A stretch of DNA of 64,000 nt, taken from contig JAAXHN010000005.1 in NCBI GenBank assembly GCA_012270885.1, positions 5,775 through 69,774 on the forward strand, written 5' to 3'. The DNA comes from Acidimicrobiia bacterium. GTDB lineage: Bacteria > Actinomycetota > Acidimicrobiia > Spongiisociales > ZC4RG35. Numbering within the stretch: the stretch's first letter is position 1; every line of letters begins with the position of its first letter. The notes beneath the pieces were generated by a model, which saw only the letters and a program-made list of their open reading frames with translations, did no database searches and was not told the DNA's origin. Below, piece by piece: positions 20,139 to 29,427 of the stretch. A program made the translations under genes and the position numbers.

Positions 20139-20875
20139 CGACACCGGTAGAGACCTTCGAGAATGCCGTCGAGGCCGTGGACCTGGAATTGCGTTACGGC
20201 TCGCACGTGGTGCTGGAACCCTCGTCCTTCACGGCCCCAATGGGGGCGATCACCGCCCTGATCGGGCCGAACGGCGCCGGTAAGTCGACCCTGCTTCACT
20301 CCATGGTCGGCCTGGTGGACCCCACCAGCGGGCAGATCAGCGTCATGGGCACCTCCCCGCAACAGGCCCGGAAGCAGGTTGCCTACGTCGTACAGTCCAA
20401 GGAGATCAACCAGTCCCTGCCCCTGACAGTTGGCCAGGTGGTTGCCATGGGCCGCTACCCCAACCGGGGAATGATCAAACCAATGAGAATCGATGACAAG
20501 GCGCGGGTGCTGGAGGCCATGGAGAGGATGAACATCACCGATTTGTCCAGCCGCCACCTCACCGAACTCTCCGGGGGCCAACGCCAGCGGGTCTTCATGG
20601 CTCAGGGAATCGCGCAAGACCATCGCATCATGCTCCTGGACGAGCCTCTCACCGGCCTGGACGTCGTATCGGCGGAGGCCGTGGACAGGACCATTCATCA
20701 GGAGATAACCCACGGATGCGCGGTCTTGGTGTCCACCCACGACCTCGGAGAAGCAGGGACCGCCGACCATGTGCTCCTCCTGGGGGACAGGCGGGTGGTC
20801 TCAGGGCCCCCATCGGAGGTTCTGACCTCAGAGAACCTCCTGGCGGCGTTCGGCGCCGGGCTGATGCATATCTAG
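20135..20875 (+). CDS. Metal ABC transporter ATP-binding protein
   Basis: Start ATG 20135 (MTTPVETFEN...) overlaps the regulator stop by 4 nt. Walker A GPNGAGKST, signature LSGGQRQR, Walker B IMLLDEP. Confidence 0.9.
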   Translation: MTTPVETFENAVEAVDLELRYGSHVVLEPSSFTAPMGAITALIGPNGAGKSTLLHSMVGLVDPTSGQISVMGTSPQQARKQVAYVVQSKEINQSLPLTVGQVVAMGRYPNRGMIKPMRIDDKARVLEAMERMNITDLSSRHLTELSGGQRQRVFMAQGIAQDHRIMLLDEPLTGLDVVSAEAVDRTIHQEITHGCAVLVSTHDLGEAGTADHVLLLGDRRVVSGPPSEVLTSENLLAAFGAGLMHI

Positions 20876-20928
20876 GAACGCCGGGTCAGGCTGGACTGGA
20901 GGAGACGGTTCTTGGGAACCGACATCGG

Positions 20929-21396
20929 ATGAGCATCAAGAACGAGCTGCGCGGCGAGTTGGTGAACGCCATGAAGGCGGGGGACCGCGGCCGGCGAGAC
21001 GCCATCCGCTCGGTCGAGGCAGAGATACAGACACGGAGGACCGCCCCGGGCTTCTCGGGAACCGGCGAGGACGACGACTTCTACCAGCAGGTGATCGCGG
21101 GTTACGTGAAGAAGATGCGCAAGGCCGCCTCAGAGTACGCCGACCTGGGAGAACGTGGCAGGGAGATGTCCGAAAAGCTCGCGTTCGAGGCCGATTACCT
21201 CTCCCGGTGGCTGCCCGCTCATCTCGATGAGGAGCAGAGTCGCAAGCTCGTGGCGGAGACAGTGGCGCTGCTGGGGGTGGAGGGCCAACCCCGGGCACAG
21301 GGAAGGGTCATGGGACACATAATGACCGCACACCGCCAGGAGGTGGACGGGAGTCTGATCTCCAGGCTGGTGTCCGAGGAACTGGCCACCGGTTAG
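20929..21396 (+). CDS. GatB/YqeY domain protein
   Basis: MSIKNELRGELVNAMKAGD...RSVEAEIQ...GRVMGHIM is the YqeY-like pattern. Start re-set from the track ORF 20716. Confidence 0.75.
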   Translation: MSIKNELRGELVNAMKAGDRGRRDAIRSVEAEIQTRRTAPGFSGTGEDDDFYQQVIAGYVKKMRKAASEYADLGERGREMSEKLAFEADYLSRWLPAHLDEEQSRKLVAETVALLGVEGQPRAQGRVMGHIMTAHRQEVDGSLISRLVSEELATG

Positions 21397-21417
21397 ACCT
21401 GTACAATCGGGGGTCTG

Positions 21418-22239
21418 ATGCGTCCCGTTTGGAAAGGCGCCATCTCCTTTGGCTTGGTGAGTATCCCGGTGATCCTCTACTCGGCCACCGAGGACCGGCG
21501 GCCCAAGTTCAAGCAGTTGCGCCATAGCGACCGAAGCCCCATCCGCTACAAGCGGGTAGCCGAAGCCGATGGGCAGGAAGTCCCCTGGAGTGAGATCGTG
21601 CGCGGCTACGAGGTGGATCGCGGCGCTTATGTGGTGTTCACCGACTCGGAGCTGTCCGCGGCCGGGATAGGAAAAAAGGGCCTCCCGCTGATCGAGGTGC
21701 TCAGATTCGTGGAAGGCACGGAGATCGATCCCGTCTACTACAAGTCCTCCTACTACCTGAAGCCCGAGAAGACAGGCCTACGCGCCTACCGGATCCTCCT
21801 GGAGGCGCTCCGCGCGGCGGGAAGGGTGGGAGTGGCCCGCTTCTCCATGCGAGGCAAGGAGCATCTGTCCACTCTCCGATTCCACCAGGAGAGTCTCCTG
21901 TTGGAGACCATGTTCTGGCCTGACGAAATCCGCCAGATACCCGCCCCCGACCAAGACGATGAGGTGGAGATCCGCCCCGAAGAGGTGGAGATGGCCAAGC
22001 TACTCATAGAGACCATGAGCGGACCCTTCGTGGGTGAGGACTACAAGGACAAGACCAGGGAGAACATAGAGGAGGCGGCCCGGCTCAAAGTGGAGGGAAA
22101 GGAGGTCGTCTCAGTGGAGGCCGCCACCGAACCCGGGGAGGTTGTCGACTTGTTGGCTGCCCTCAAGGCCAGCGTGGAGGCAACAAGAATGGCTGCCGAA
22201 GGCCAGGATCCTCCTTCGGCCCGAAGAGCGGTCAGCTAG
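21418..22239 (+). CDS. ku: Ku protein (NHEJ DNA end-binding)
   Basis: MRPVWKGAISFGLVSIPVILYSATEDRRPKFKQL...IRYKRV is the canonical bacterial Ku N-terminus. Confidence 0.9.
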   Translation: MRPVWKGAISFGLVSIPVILYSATEDRRPKFKQLRHSDRSPIRYKRVAEADGQEVPWSEIVRGYEVDRGAYVVFTDSELSAAGIGKKGLPLIEVLRFVEGTEIDPVYYKSSYYLKPEKTGLRAYRILLEALRAAGRVGVARFSMRGKEHLSTLRFHQESLLLETMFWPDEIRQIPAPDQDDEVEIRPEEVEMAKLLIETMSGPFVGEDYKDKTRENIEEAARLKVEGKEVVSVEAATEPGEVVDLLAALKASVEATRMAAEGQDPPSARRAVS

Positions 22240-22266
22240 CTCCACCACCGGGGGGCGGTTTCCCCG

Positions 22267-23547
22267 TCACTCCACTTCCAGGCGGAACATGTCCTCGTGC
22301 TCCTCCCGGCGCACTACCAGGCGTGAGTCTCCGCCGGAGACGAAGACCACCGGAGGCCGGGGGACCTTCTGATAGCCCGAGCCCATCGAGTGTCCGTAGG
22401 CGCCGGTGACCGGGGTGGCGACCACATCGCCCACCTCGACCCCTGCGGGAAGCCAGCCCGAGGCGACCAGTCGATCTCCGCTCTCACAGTGTTTCCCCAC
22501 CACTGTCACCTCCCGCTCCCTCGGGGCGCACACCGAACGTGGCAGGAACACCTCATAGCCACTCCCGTACAGCACCGGCCGGGGGTTGTCGCTCATCCCT
22601 CCGTCCACCGCCAGGTAGGTGCGAACTCCTGGAATCTCCTTGATGGTCCCCACCCGGTAGAGGGTGAGCGCCGCCGCAGCCGCGATTGCTCTCCCCGGCT
22701 CGGCCATGATGGGCCCGGTGACTCCCTCGGCCCGGCAGGTCCCCACCAGGGCCTCCGCCCACTCGCCGATCGTCGGCGCCGACTCCCCTTCCACATAGGG
22801 GACCCCCAACCCGCCTCCCAGCGACAACTCCTCCAAGCCGAAGGGAGCGGCCATTCTCGACACGATCCGGGCAGCCTCCCGGAATGACTCGAGCCGGAAG
22901 ACCTGGCTGCCGATGTGGGCGTGCACGCCCCGGGCGTTCATGGAGGGGGACTCCTTCGCCCTGCGGACGGCCCTGTCGGCCGCACCCGAAGACACCGTGA
23001 AGCCGAACTTCGTGTCGTCGTGTCCGGTGGCCACGAACTCGTGGGTGTGAGCGTCCACCCCCGGTGTGATCCGGATCAGGACGTCCACCGGCCCACATCC
23101 CATCCGCGAGTGAAGACGGTCGATGCGATCCATCTCGTCGAAGGAATCCACCACCACCCTGCCCACGCCCGCTCCGATCGCCATGGCCAGTTCCTCCTTG
23201 GACTTGTTGTTTCCGTGGAACACCAGCCTGGAGGGTGGAAAGCCCGCCCTCAGCGCCATCGCCAACTCTCCCCCGGTGGCCACATCCATGCCCAGACCCT
23301 CCGACTCCACCAGCTTGGCCATGGCCAGGCACAAAAAAGCCTTGGCCGCATAGGAGACTCCCCCTCCAAAGGCCTGCGACGCCTCCCGGCAACGGCGGCG
23401 CAGATGCGCTTCGTCATAGACGAACAGGGGGGTTCCGTACCGTTCAGCCAAGCCGACCAGGTCGCAGCCACCCACCGTCAGGCGTCCGTTGACCACCTCG
23501 GAGGTGAGGGGAAGAAGATGAAAAGGCAGAGGTCCGGCCATGACCAC
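22267..23547 (-). CDS. lysA: Diaminopimelate decarboxylase
   Basis: 426 aa. YAAKAF, HAHIGSQ, GGGLGVPY and CESGD are the type III PLP decarboxylase motifs. Confidence 0.9.
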   Translation of the reverse strand: MVMAGPLPFHLLPLTSEVVNGRLTVGGCDLVGLAERYGTPLFVYDEAHLRRRCREASQAFGGGVSYAAKAFLCLAMAKLVESEGLGMDVATGGELAMALRAGFPPSRLVFHGNNKSKEELAMAIGAGVGRVVVDSFDEMDRIDRLHSRMGCGPVDVLIRITPGVDAHTHEFVATGHDDTKFGFTVSSGAADRAVRRAKESPSMNARGVHAHIGSQVFRLESFREAARIVSRMAAPFGLEELSLGGGLGVPYVEGESAPTIGEWAEALVGTCRAEGVTGPIMAEPGRAIAAAAALTLYRVGTIKEIPGVRTYLAVDGGMSDNPRPVLYGSGYEVFLPRSVCAPREREVTVVGKHCESGDRLVASGWLPAGVEVGDVVATPVTGAYGHSMGSGYQKVPRPPVVFVSGGDSRLVVRREEHEDMFRLEVE

Positions 23548-23608
23548 TTGGTCGTCGGGGGCGATTACGTTTGCCGAAGGCTACCTGGTTGCCTCTAGCA
23601 TTCTCGCT

Positions 23609-24886
23609 ATGGAAATAGGCGTAGGCATCCTGGGAGGAGGCACCGTCGGCGGAGAATTGGCCCGGCGGCTCCTCGAAGACCGGGAAGCCATACTGGCCAA
23701 GTCCGGGATCGATCTGCGACTGAGAGCGGTTGCGGTGCGGGAGTTGGACAAACCTCGACTGTTTCCCTCCCGCTACATCGTCGACCGGGCCGACCTGGTG
23801 GTCTCTCACCCGGAAGTCGACCTGGTCGTGGAGTTGATGGGAGGGGTCGATCCTGCCCGGGAAATGGTTCTCTCCGCCCTGGATCTGGGCAAACCGGTGA
23901 TAACCGCCAACAAGGAACTCCTTTCGCTCCACGGACCGGAGTTGTTCGCCCGGGCGGCCGCCAAAGGAGTATCCCTGCTCTTCGAGGCGGCCGTCGGAGG
24001 AGGAATACCCCTGATCCGTCCTCTGTCGGAGTCGTTGGCCGGAGAGCGGATCGAACGGGTGATGGGAATCGTCAACGGGACCACCAATTTCATTCTGACC
24101 GCCATGGACACCGAGAGCATCCCCTATCTCGCGGCCCTGGCCGATGCCCAGCGCCTTGGATATGCCGAGGCGGATCCCACCGCCGACGTGAGCGGGAGAG
24201 ACGCGGCAGCCAAGGCCGCCATCCTGGCGGGCCTGGCTTTCGGCCGATGGGTGAGCATCGACCGAGTCCACACCGAGGGAATCGTCGGCCTGGCCTCACA
24301 GGATCTCGGGTTTGCGCGGCAACTGGGATACACCATCAAGTTGCTGGCCGTGGCCGAGAGTTCCCCCCAAGGCCCCGCGGTGCGAGTCCACCCCGCCCTC
24401 GTGCCGACAGACCACCCCCTGGCGCTGATCCGCGGGGCCAACAACGGTGTCTTCCTGGAGGGACCCTCCATAGGCGAGCTTCTGTTCCTGGGACCCGGCG
24501 CCGGCGGGAAACCCACTGCCACCGCGGTGCTGGGAGATGTGATCCTCGCCTCCCGTGAATTCCTGGCCGGCACCAAGGTGGCCCCCCGGGTCCGGTTCGG
24601 CAACGGGGATGTGAGGGACTTCTCGGAGGTGGAGACCCAGTGGTACCTGCGCCTGGAGGTCAGGGACCGCCCGGGCGTGCTGGCCCGGATCGCGGCCGTG
24701 TTCGGGATACACCAGGTGTCGATCATGTCGGTTTGGCAGGACGGGCGGGGAGACTACGCCACGCTCCTTCTGGTCACCCACCATGCCCGGGAGACCAACC
24801 ACCGGGCGGCCGTCAAGGACCTGCAGGCGCTGAACGTGGTGAGGCAGGTAGCCGCCACCATTCGAGTAGTGGGCGCCGGTCCCTGA
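23609..24886 (+). CDS. hom: Homoserine dehydrogenase
   Basis: Start re-set to MEIGVGILGGGTVGGEL. NAD-binding, catalytic and C-terminal ACT domains (YLRLEVRDRPGVLARIA). Confidence 0.9.
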   Translation: MEIGVGILGGGTVGGELARRLLEDREAILAKSGIDLRLRAVAVRELDKPRLFPSRYIVDRADLVVSHPEVDLVVELMGGVDPAREMVLSALDLGKPVITANKELLSLHGPELFARAAAKGVSLLFEAAVGGGIPLIRPLSESLAGERIERVMGIVNGTTNFILTAMDTESIPYLAALADAQRLGYAEADPTADVSGRDAAAKAAILAGLAFGRWVSIDRVHTEGIVGLASQDLGFARQLGYTIKLLAVAESSPQGPAVRVHPALVPTDHPLALIRGANNGVFLEGPSIGELLFLGPGAGGKPTATAVLGDVILASREFLAGTKVAPRVRFGNGDVRDFSEVETQWYLRLEVRDRPGVLARIAAVFGIHQVSIMSVWQDGRGDYATLLLVTHHARETNHRAAVKDLQALNVVRQVAATIRVVGAGP

Positions 24887-24914
24887 TGGATGTCACCACC
24901 GGCCCGGGCCGGTT

Positions 24915-26282
24915 GTGAAATACGTTTCAACCCGCGGAGGCGCCCAGCCAGCCTCCTTCGATGAGATCCTGTTGGCCGGTCCGGCGCCCGATGGGGGACT
25001 CTACGTTCCAGTTCAGTGGCCGGAGGCCCCGCGGCCGGCGCCGGGGGCGTCCTATCACGAGATGGTGACCGCCGTGGCCGCCCCCTTCATGGGAGACAGT
25101 CTGCTGTCCGAACACCTCCCACGATTGGCCGCCGAGGCCTACGCCGACTTCGGACCGCAGGGACCGGCGCCGCTCCGGGAAGTTGCCGAGAGGCGATGGC
25201 TTCTGGACCTCACGTCGGGGCCGACCCTCTCCTTCAAGGACTACGCCCTCCAACTCCTGGGAAGGCTGTTCGATCAACTGCTGGAGATCCAGGGAAAGCG
25301 GATTCTGGTGCTGGGCGCCACCTCGGGAGACACCGGCTCGGCCGCCATCGAAGCCTGCCGGGACCGGGCCGGCATCGACATCGTGATTCTCTACCCTCAA
25401 GGTCGGGTCTCCGACATCCAACGTCGGCAGATGACGACCGTTGAGTCCCCCAATGTCCACGCAGTGGCGGTGGAAGGCACCTTCGACGACTGCCAGGACC
25501 TTGTGAAGGCGGCCTTCGCCGACGCGGCGGTGCGGAGTCGGATGGCCCTGGCAGCCATCAACTCGATCAACTGGGCGCGGATCCTCGCCCAGGTCTCCTA
25601 CTACCTGTGGGTTGGGCACCGACTCGGCCGGGAGGTCAGCTTCTCGGTTCCCACCGGCAATTTCGGCAACGTCCTGGCCGGATGGGCGGCTCGCAGGATG
25701 GGCGGACCGGTAGGGCGGTTGGTGGTGGCCAACAACCACAACCGGGGACTGACCCGGCTCATCTCCGAAGGTCTGCTCTCCATCGAAGAGGTACGTCCCA
25801 CTCTCGCCCCCGCCATGGACATACAAATCCCCTCCAACCTGGAGCGATACCTGTTCGAACTAGGTTCCCGGCGGGGCGGGTGGATGTCGGAGATGATGGA
25901 CGCCTACCGCAGCCACGGGAAATTGCAGTTCAACAGAGAGCTACATTCCCGCCTGTCTGATGACTTCGAAGCGGGATGGCTGGACGACCAATCCATAGTC
26001 GAGGTGATCGCCGCCGCCTACCACAGGCACGGACTGGTGCTCGACCCCCACAGCGCCCTGGGTTGGGCTATGGCGGAGCCCCTGGCGGCGGGCGGCGAGG
26101 AAGTGGTGAGCATCGCCACCGCTCATCCCGCCAAGTTCCCCGACGCGGTGGCGGAGGCGCTGGGTTTTTCCCCCGATCCGCCCTCCCGCCTGGCAGACCT
26201 TTCCCAGCGCCCGGAGCGGATTACCGTAATCCCCGCCCGGCTTGGCAGGCTCTTGTCCTTTCTGGAGGAGACCCGTCGCTAG
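24915..26282 (+). CDS. thrC: Threonine synthase
   Basis: 455 aa. MKYVSTRGG..., PTLSFKDYALQ (PLP Lys), long-type ThrC. Confidence 0.9.
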   Translation: MKYVSTRGGAQPASFDEILLAGPAPDGGLYVPVQWPEAPRPAPGASYHEMVTAVAAPFMGDSLLSEHLPRLAAEAYADFGPQGPAPLREVAERRWLLDLTSGPTLSFKDYALQLLGRLFDQLLEIQGKRILVLGATSGDTGSAAIEACRDRAGIDIVILYPQGRVSDIQRRQMTTVESPNVHAVAVEGTFDDCQDLVKAAFADAAVRSRMALAAINSINWARILAQVSYYLWVGHRLGREVSFSVPTGNFGNVLAGWAARRMGGPVGRLVVANNHNRGLTRLISEGLLSIEEVRPTLAPAMDIQIPSNLERYLFELGSRRGGWMSEMMDAYRSHGKLQFNRELHSRLSDDFEAGWLDDQSIVEVIAAAYHRHGLVLDPHSALGWAMAEPLAAGGEEVVSIATAHPAKFPDAVAEALGFSPDPPSRLADLSQRPERITVIPARLGRLLSFLEETRR

Positions 26283-26316
26283 CCCGGTCCGACCGGCGGC
26301 TCCCGGTCGGACCGGG
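26283..26316 (+). terminator. GC-rich hairpin immediately after thrC (no U-tract)
   Basis: CCCGGTCCGACCGG-cggctc-CCGGTCGGACCGGG, a perfect 14-bp stem starting 1 nt after the stop. Confidence 0.5.
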
Positions 26317-26334
26317 GGGCATCCGGTTACGAGT

Positions 26335-26364
26335 TTGACAAACAGACGCTTGATCTGTTATAGT
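26335..26364 (+). promoter_or_regulatory. Candidate sigma-70-type promoter of rho
   Basis: TTGACA (26335-26340), an 18-nt spacer, then TATAGT (26359-26364). This would give a leader of about 145 nt before rho. Confidence 0.45.
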
Positions 26365-26418
26365 CGGTGCCGTCTGGTTCGTACGCCCATCAGGGTCCGG
26401 CGGCGAACACCCAAGAAT

Positions 26419-26469
26419 CTCTGCAAGGCGGTCTTCTGTAACGCGTTACAGCCCTATACCTCTGCAGAG
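26419..26469 (+). promoter_or_regulatory. Nested inverted repeats in the rho 5' leader
   Basis: A perfect 16-bp palindrome CTGTAACGCGTTACAG (26436-26451) is nested inside an outer 7-bp stem, CTCTGCA (26419-26425) / TGCAGAG (26463-26469). Confidence 0.4.
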
Positions 26470-26515
26470 TAAGCAATAGGCAATTCGGAAACTTCGAGAA
26501 GATGAGGAATCCTCT

Positions 26516-28069
26516 ATGACCAGTGAATCCGAAAACGGACAACTCCATTCCAAGTCGGTTAATGACCTGCGCCAAATCGCATCGGCTATCGGCATCGACT
26601 CCGGCGCGATGGGCAAGGAGCAGCTGATAAGAGCCATAACAGGCAGCGGCGCCGACGCCAACCCGAGCGGCGGCAAGCCACCTCAGGCATCCCGAGCGCG
26701 CAGCGGTGGACGCCAGCAGGCGCCACCCGCGCCGGTGCCCCCCTCCCCGGCTTCCAAACGATCCCAGGGCGGCGCCTCCCAGGACGGCGACAGCCGTCGA
26801 TCGTCGGATGGCGCCTCCCCGAACTTCGACTTCAAGGCGACCGGGAGCCCCGGACCTTCGCATTCCGGCGGAAGCCGGCGCCGACGCGGGCGGGGCCGGC
26901 GGCAGTCTTCTCATTCCAACATCCCCGAGAGCGAGATGGAGGTGAGGGAAGGGCTGCTGGACATCCTCCCCGAGGGCTACGGGTTCCTTCGGGTGTCGGG
27001 CTACGGGCCGGGCGAAAAGGACGTCTACGTCTCCGCCGGGCTTATCCGCCGCATGCAGCTTCGCAAGGGTGACCTGGTGGGCGGGCCGATCAGGCCTCCT
27101 CGCTCACAGGAGAAGTACCCGGGAATGGTGAGAGTGGAGCATGTCAACAAGATGGACCCCGGGGAGGCTATGCGTCGCCCCAAGTTCGATAGGCTGACAC
27201 CCCTCTTCCCCGATCAGCGGCTCCGCCTGGAGTTGGAGGGATTGCCCCATCGGACTCTGGCCCGCCTCATCGACCTCATCTCCCCGATAGGCAAGGGCCA
27301 GCGCGGACTGATCGTCTCCCCACCCAAGGCCGGCAAGACCACCGTGCTCAAGGAGATCGCCCAGTCGATAACCATCAACAATCCGGAATGCCGGCTGATG
27401 GTGGTGCTGGTGGACGAGCGTCCCGAAGAGGTGACCGACATGCAGAGGTCGGTCAAGGGTGATGTGGTGTACTCCACCTTCGACCGACCCGCCGAGCAGC
27501 ACACCCAGATCGCCGATCTCGCCTTGGAGCGCGCCAAGCGCATGGTGGAGACGGGGCTGGACGTGGTGATCCTGTTGGACTCCATAACCCGCTTGGCCCG
27601 CGCCCACAACCTGGCGGCCCCGGCATCGGGACGGATGCTGTCGGGCGGAATCGACGCCACCGCCCTCTATCCGCCCAAGCGATTCTTCGGAGCGGCCCGC
27701 AACATAGAGGAAGGCGGGAGTCTGACCATCCTGGGCACCGCCCTGGTGGAGACCCGCTCGAAGATGGACGAAGTGATTTTCGAGGAGTTCAAGGGCACCG
27801 GCAACATGGAATTGCGGCTGGACCGCAAGCTCGCCGACAAGCGGATCTATCCGGCAGTGGACATCGAACTGTCCGGTACCCGGCGCGAAGAACTGCTGTT
27901 CACCGTCGACGAACTGCCGCAGGTCTGGAAACTCCGGCGTGTGCTCCTCTCGCTCGACCCGAGTGCCGCTATCGAGTTGCTGATCGATAAACTCCAGAGT
28001 TCCCCGTCCAACAAGGTGTTCTTGGCCGAGGTGGCCAGAAACACCGGAGATCGAGTCAGATCGGTATGA
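26516..28069 (+). CDS. rho: Transcription termination factor Rho with an Arg/Gly/Ser-rich N-terminal insertion
   Basis: 517 aa. The N-terminal Rho_N helix region is followed by a disordered R/G/S/P segment. The body has a cold-shock-like RNA-binding domain (GYGFLRV) and a RecA-type ATPase with Walker A PPKAGKT. Confidence 0.95.
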   Translation: MTSESENGQLHSKSVNDLRQIASAIGIDSGAMGKEQLIRAITGSGADANPSGGKPPQASRARSGGRQQAPPAPVPPSPASKRSQGGASQDGDSRRSSDGASPNFDFKATGSPGPSHSGGSRRRRGRGRRQSSHSNIPESEMEVREGLLDILPEGYGFLRVSGYGPGEKDVYVSAGLIRRMQLRKGDLVGGPIRPPRSQEKYPGMVRVEHVNKMDPGEAMRRPKFDRLTPLFPDQRLRLELEGLPHRTLARLIDLISPIGKGQRGLIVSPPKAGKTTVLKEIAQSITINNPECRLMVVLVDERPEEVTDMQRSVKGDVVYSTFDRPAEQHTQIADLALERAKRMVETGLDVVILLDSITRLARAHNLAAPASGRMLSGGIDATALYPPKRFFGAARNIEEGGSLTILGTALVETRSKMDEVIFEEFKGTGNMELRLDRKLADKRIYPAVDIELSGTRREELLFTVDELPQVWKLRRVLLSLDPSAAIELLIDKLQSSPSNKVFLAEVARNTGDRVRSV

Positions 28070-28428
28070 AAGCAGATATACATCCCCAATACGACCTGAC
28101 CACGGTCACGTGCTCCTGCGGCGCCAGTTTCGTAACCAGGACCACCAGGCCACCCGCCATGACCGTGGAGTTGTGCAATGAGTGCCATCCCTTCTACACC
28201 GGGGAGCAACGGCTGGTCGACACCGGCGGAAGGGTGGAGCACTTCCAAAGGCGCTACGGAAAAGCCGCCGAAGTCCGCTCCAAGCGGTACCGCAAGAGAA
28301 CCACGGCTCTTACTGAAGCACCTTCGTCCGCCCCCAAGGAGGCGGACGCCGAGGGGTCTTCGACACCCGCCGCCGGAGCGTCCACTCCGGAAACAGGATC
28401 CGAGGTGCTGAGGACCGACGGCGCCTAG
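28066..28428 (+). CDS. rpmE: 50S ribosomal protein L31 (Zn-ribbon C+ form) with a C-terminal extension
   Basis: MKADIHPQY...CSCG...CNECHPFYTG. The ATG overlaps the rho stop (ATGA). About 45 extra A/P/S/T/E-rich residues follow the L31 core. Confidence 0.9.
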   Translation: MKADIHPQYDLTTVTCSCGASFVTRTTRPPAMTVELCNECHPFYTGEQRLVDTGGRVEHFQRRYGKAAEVRSKRYRKRTTALTEAPSSAPKEADAEGSSTPAAGASTPETGSEVLRTDGA

Positions 28429-28443
28429 CCAACCCTGCTCGCC

Positions 28444-29427
28444 TTGAGGGCCGAATCCCAACCTGTCCCGGTGCCTGAATCCGAATTGCTGACGGTAGGC
28501 GGGCAAGCCCTGATCGAGGGTGTGATGATCCGCGCCCCGGAAGCCTGGGCCGTGGCGGCGCGACGCCCGGACGGGATGATCGTGGCCGAGCGGAGGGAAC
28601 TCCCCCGCCTCTCCACCCGAAGCTGGGCCGCTCGAGTCCCCTTCCTGCGAGGCATCCTGGTCCTGTTCGAGTCGCTGAACCTGGGGTTCCGCTCCCTGGC
28701 CTGGTCCGCGGAGATCGCCGCCCAGGAACCCGGGGAGGATCCGGAGGGCGCCCAGGGTCCCCGGGAGACGCTCGGCTGGCAACTCTGGGTGTGGATGGCG
28801 GTGGCTCTCTCCTTCTTCGTCGCCTTCTTCATGGTGGTTCCCGCCACCGTCGCTCGGCTGACGGCCGGCGAATCAGGGCTGGCGTTCGGGTTTTTGGAGG
28901 CGGTTGTCCGACTGGGTCTGTTCATCGGGTATCTGTGGGCGATCGGCCGGATGTCGGACATCAAGAGGGTGTTCTCTTACCACGGCGCCGAGCATATGAC
29001 CATTCACGCTTACGAACAGGAAGAGTCTCTTTCCGTGGAGTCCGTTTTCAAGTACTCACCCGAACATCCGCGGTGCGGGACCAACTTCCTCTTGCTGGTC
29101 GTGATCATCTCGATACTGGCCTTCGCCCTGGTAGGCAACCCCGGATGGCTTGTCCTGATCCTGAGCCGGGTGATCCTGATCCCCGTGATCGCGGCCATCG
29201 CCTACGAGATCCTGAAATTCGCCGGGAGGAAGCAATCGCAGGTCCTGGGCAGATGGCTTGCCGCGCCGGGCATGTGGCTGCAGAAGCTAACCACCAATCA
29301 ACCCGCCCCAGACCAGGTCGAGGTGGCAATGACCAGCCTGCTGGCGGCCGTGGACGCCGCCGAATCCGACCGTCTTGTCACCACCGGAGCCATACCCTCT
29401 GTGGTTATGGAAGCCCTGGCGCGATGA
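28444..29427 (+). CDS. DUF1385-family membrane protein
   Basis: GGQALIEGVMIR..., multiple TM segments, HGAEH motif. Typical neighbour of prfA/prmC. Confidence 0.8.
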   Translation: MRAESQPVPVPESELLTVGGQALIEGVMIRAPEAWAVAARRPDGMIVAERRELPRLSTRSWAARVPFLRGILVLFESLNLGFRSLAWSAEIAAQEPGEDPEGAQGPRETLGWQLWVWMAVALSFFVAFFMVVPATVARLTAGESGLAFGFLEAVVRLGLFIGYLWAIGRMSDIKRVFSYHGAEHMTIHAYEQEESLSVESVFKYSPEHPRCGTNFLLLVVIISILAFALVGNPGWLVLILSRVILIPVIAAIAYEILKFAGRKQSQVLGRWLAAPGMWLQKLTTNQPAPDQVEVAMTSLLAAVDAAESDRLVTTGAIPSVVMEALAR

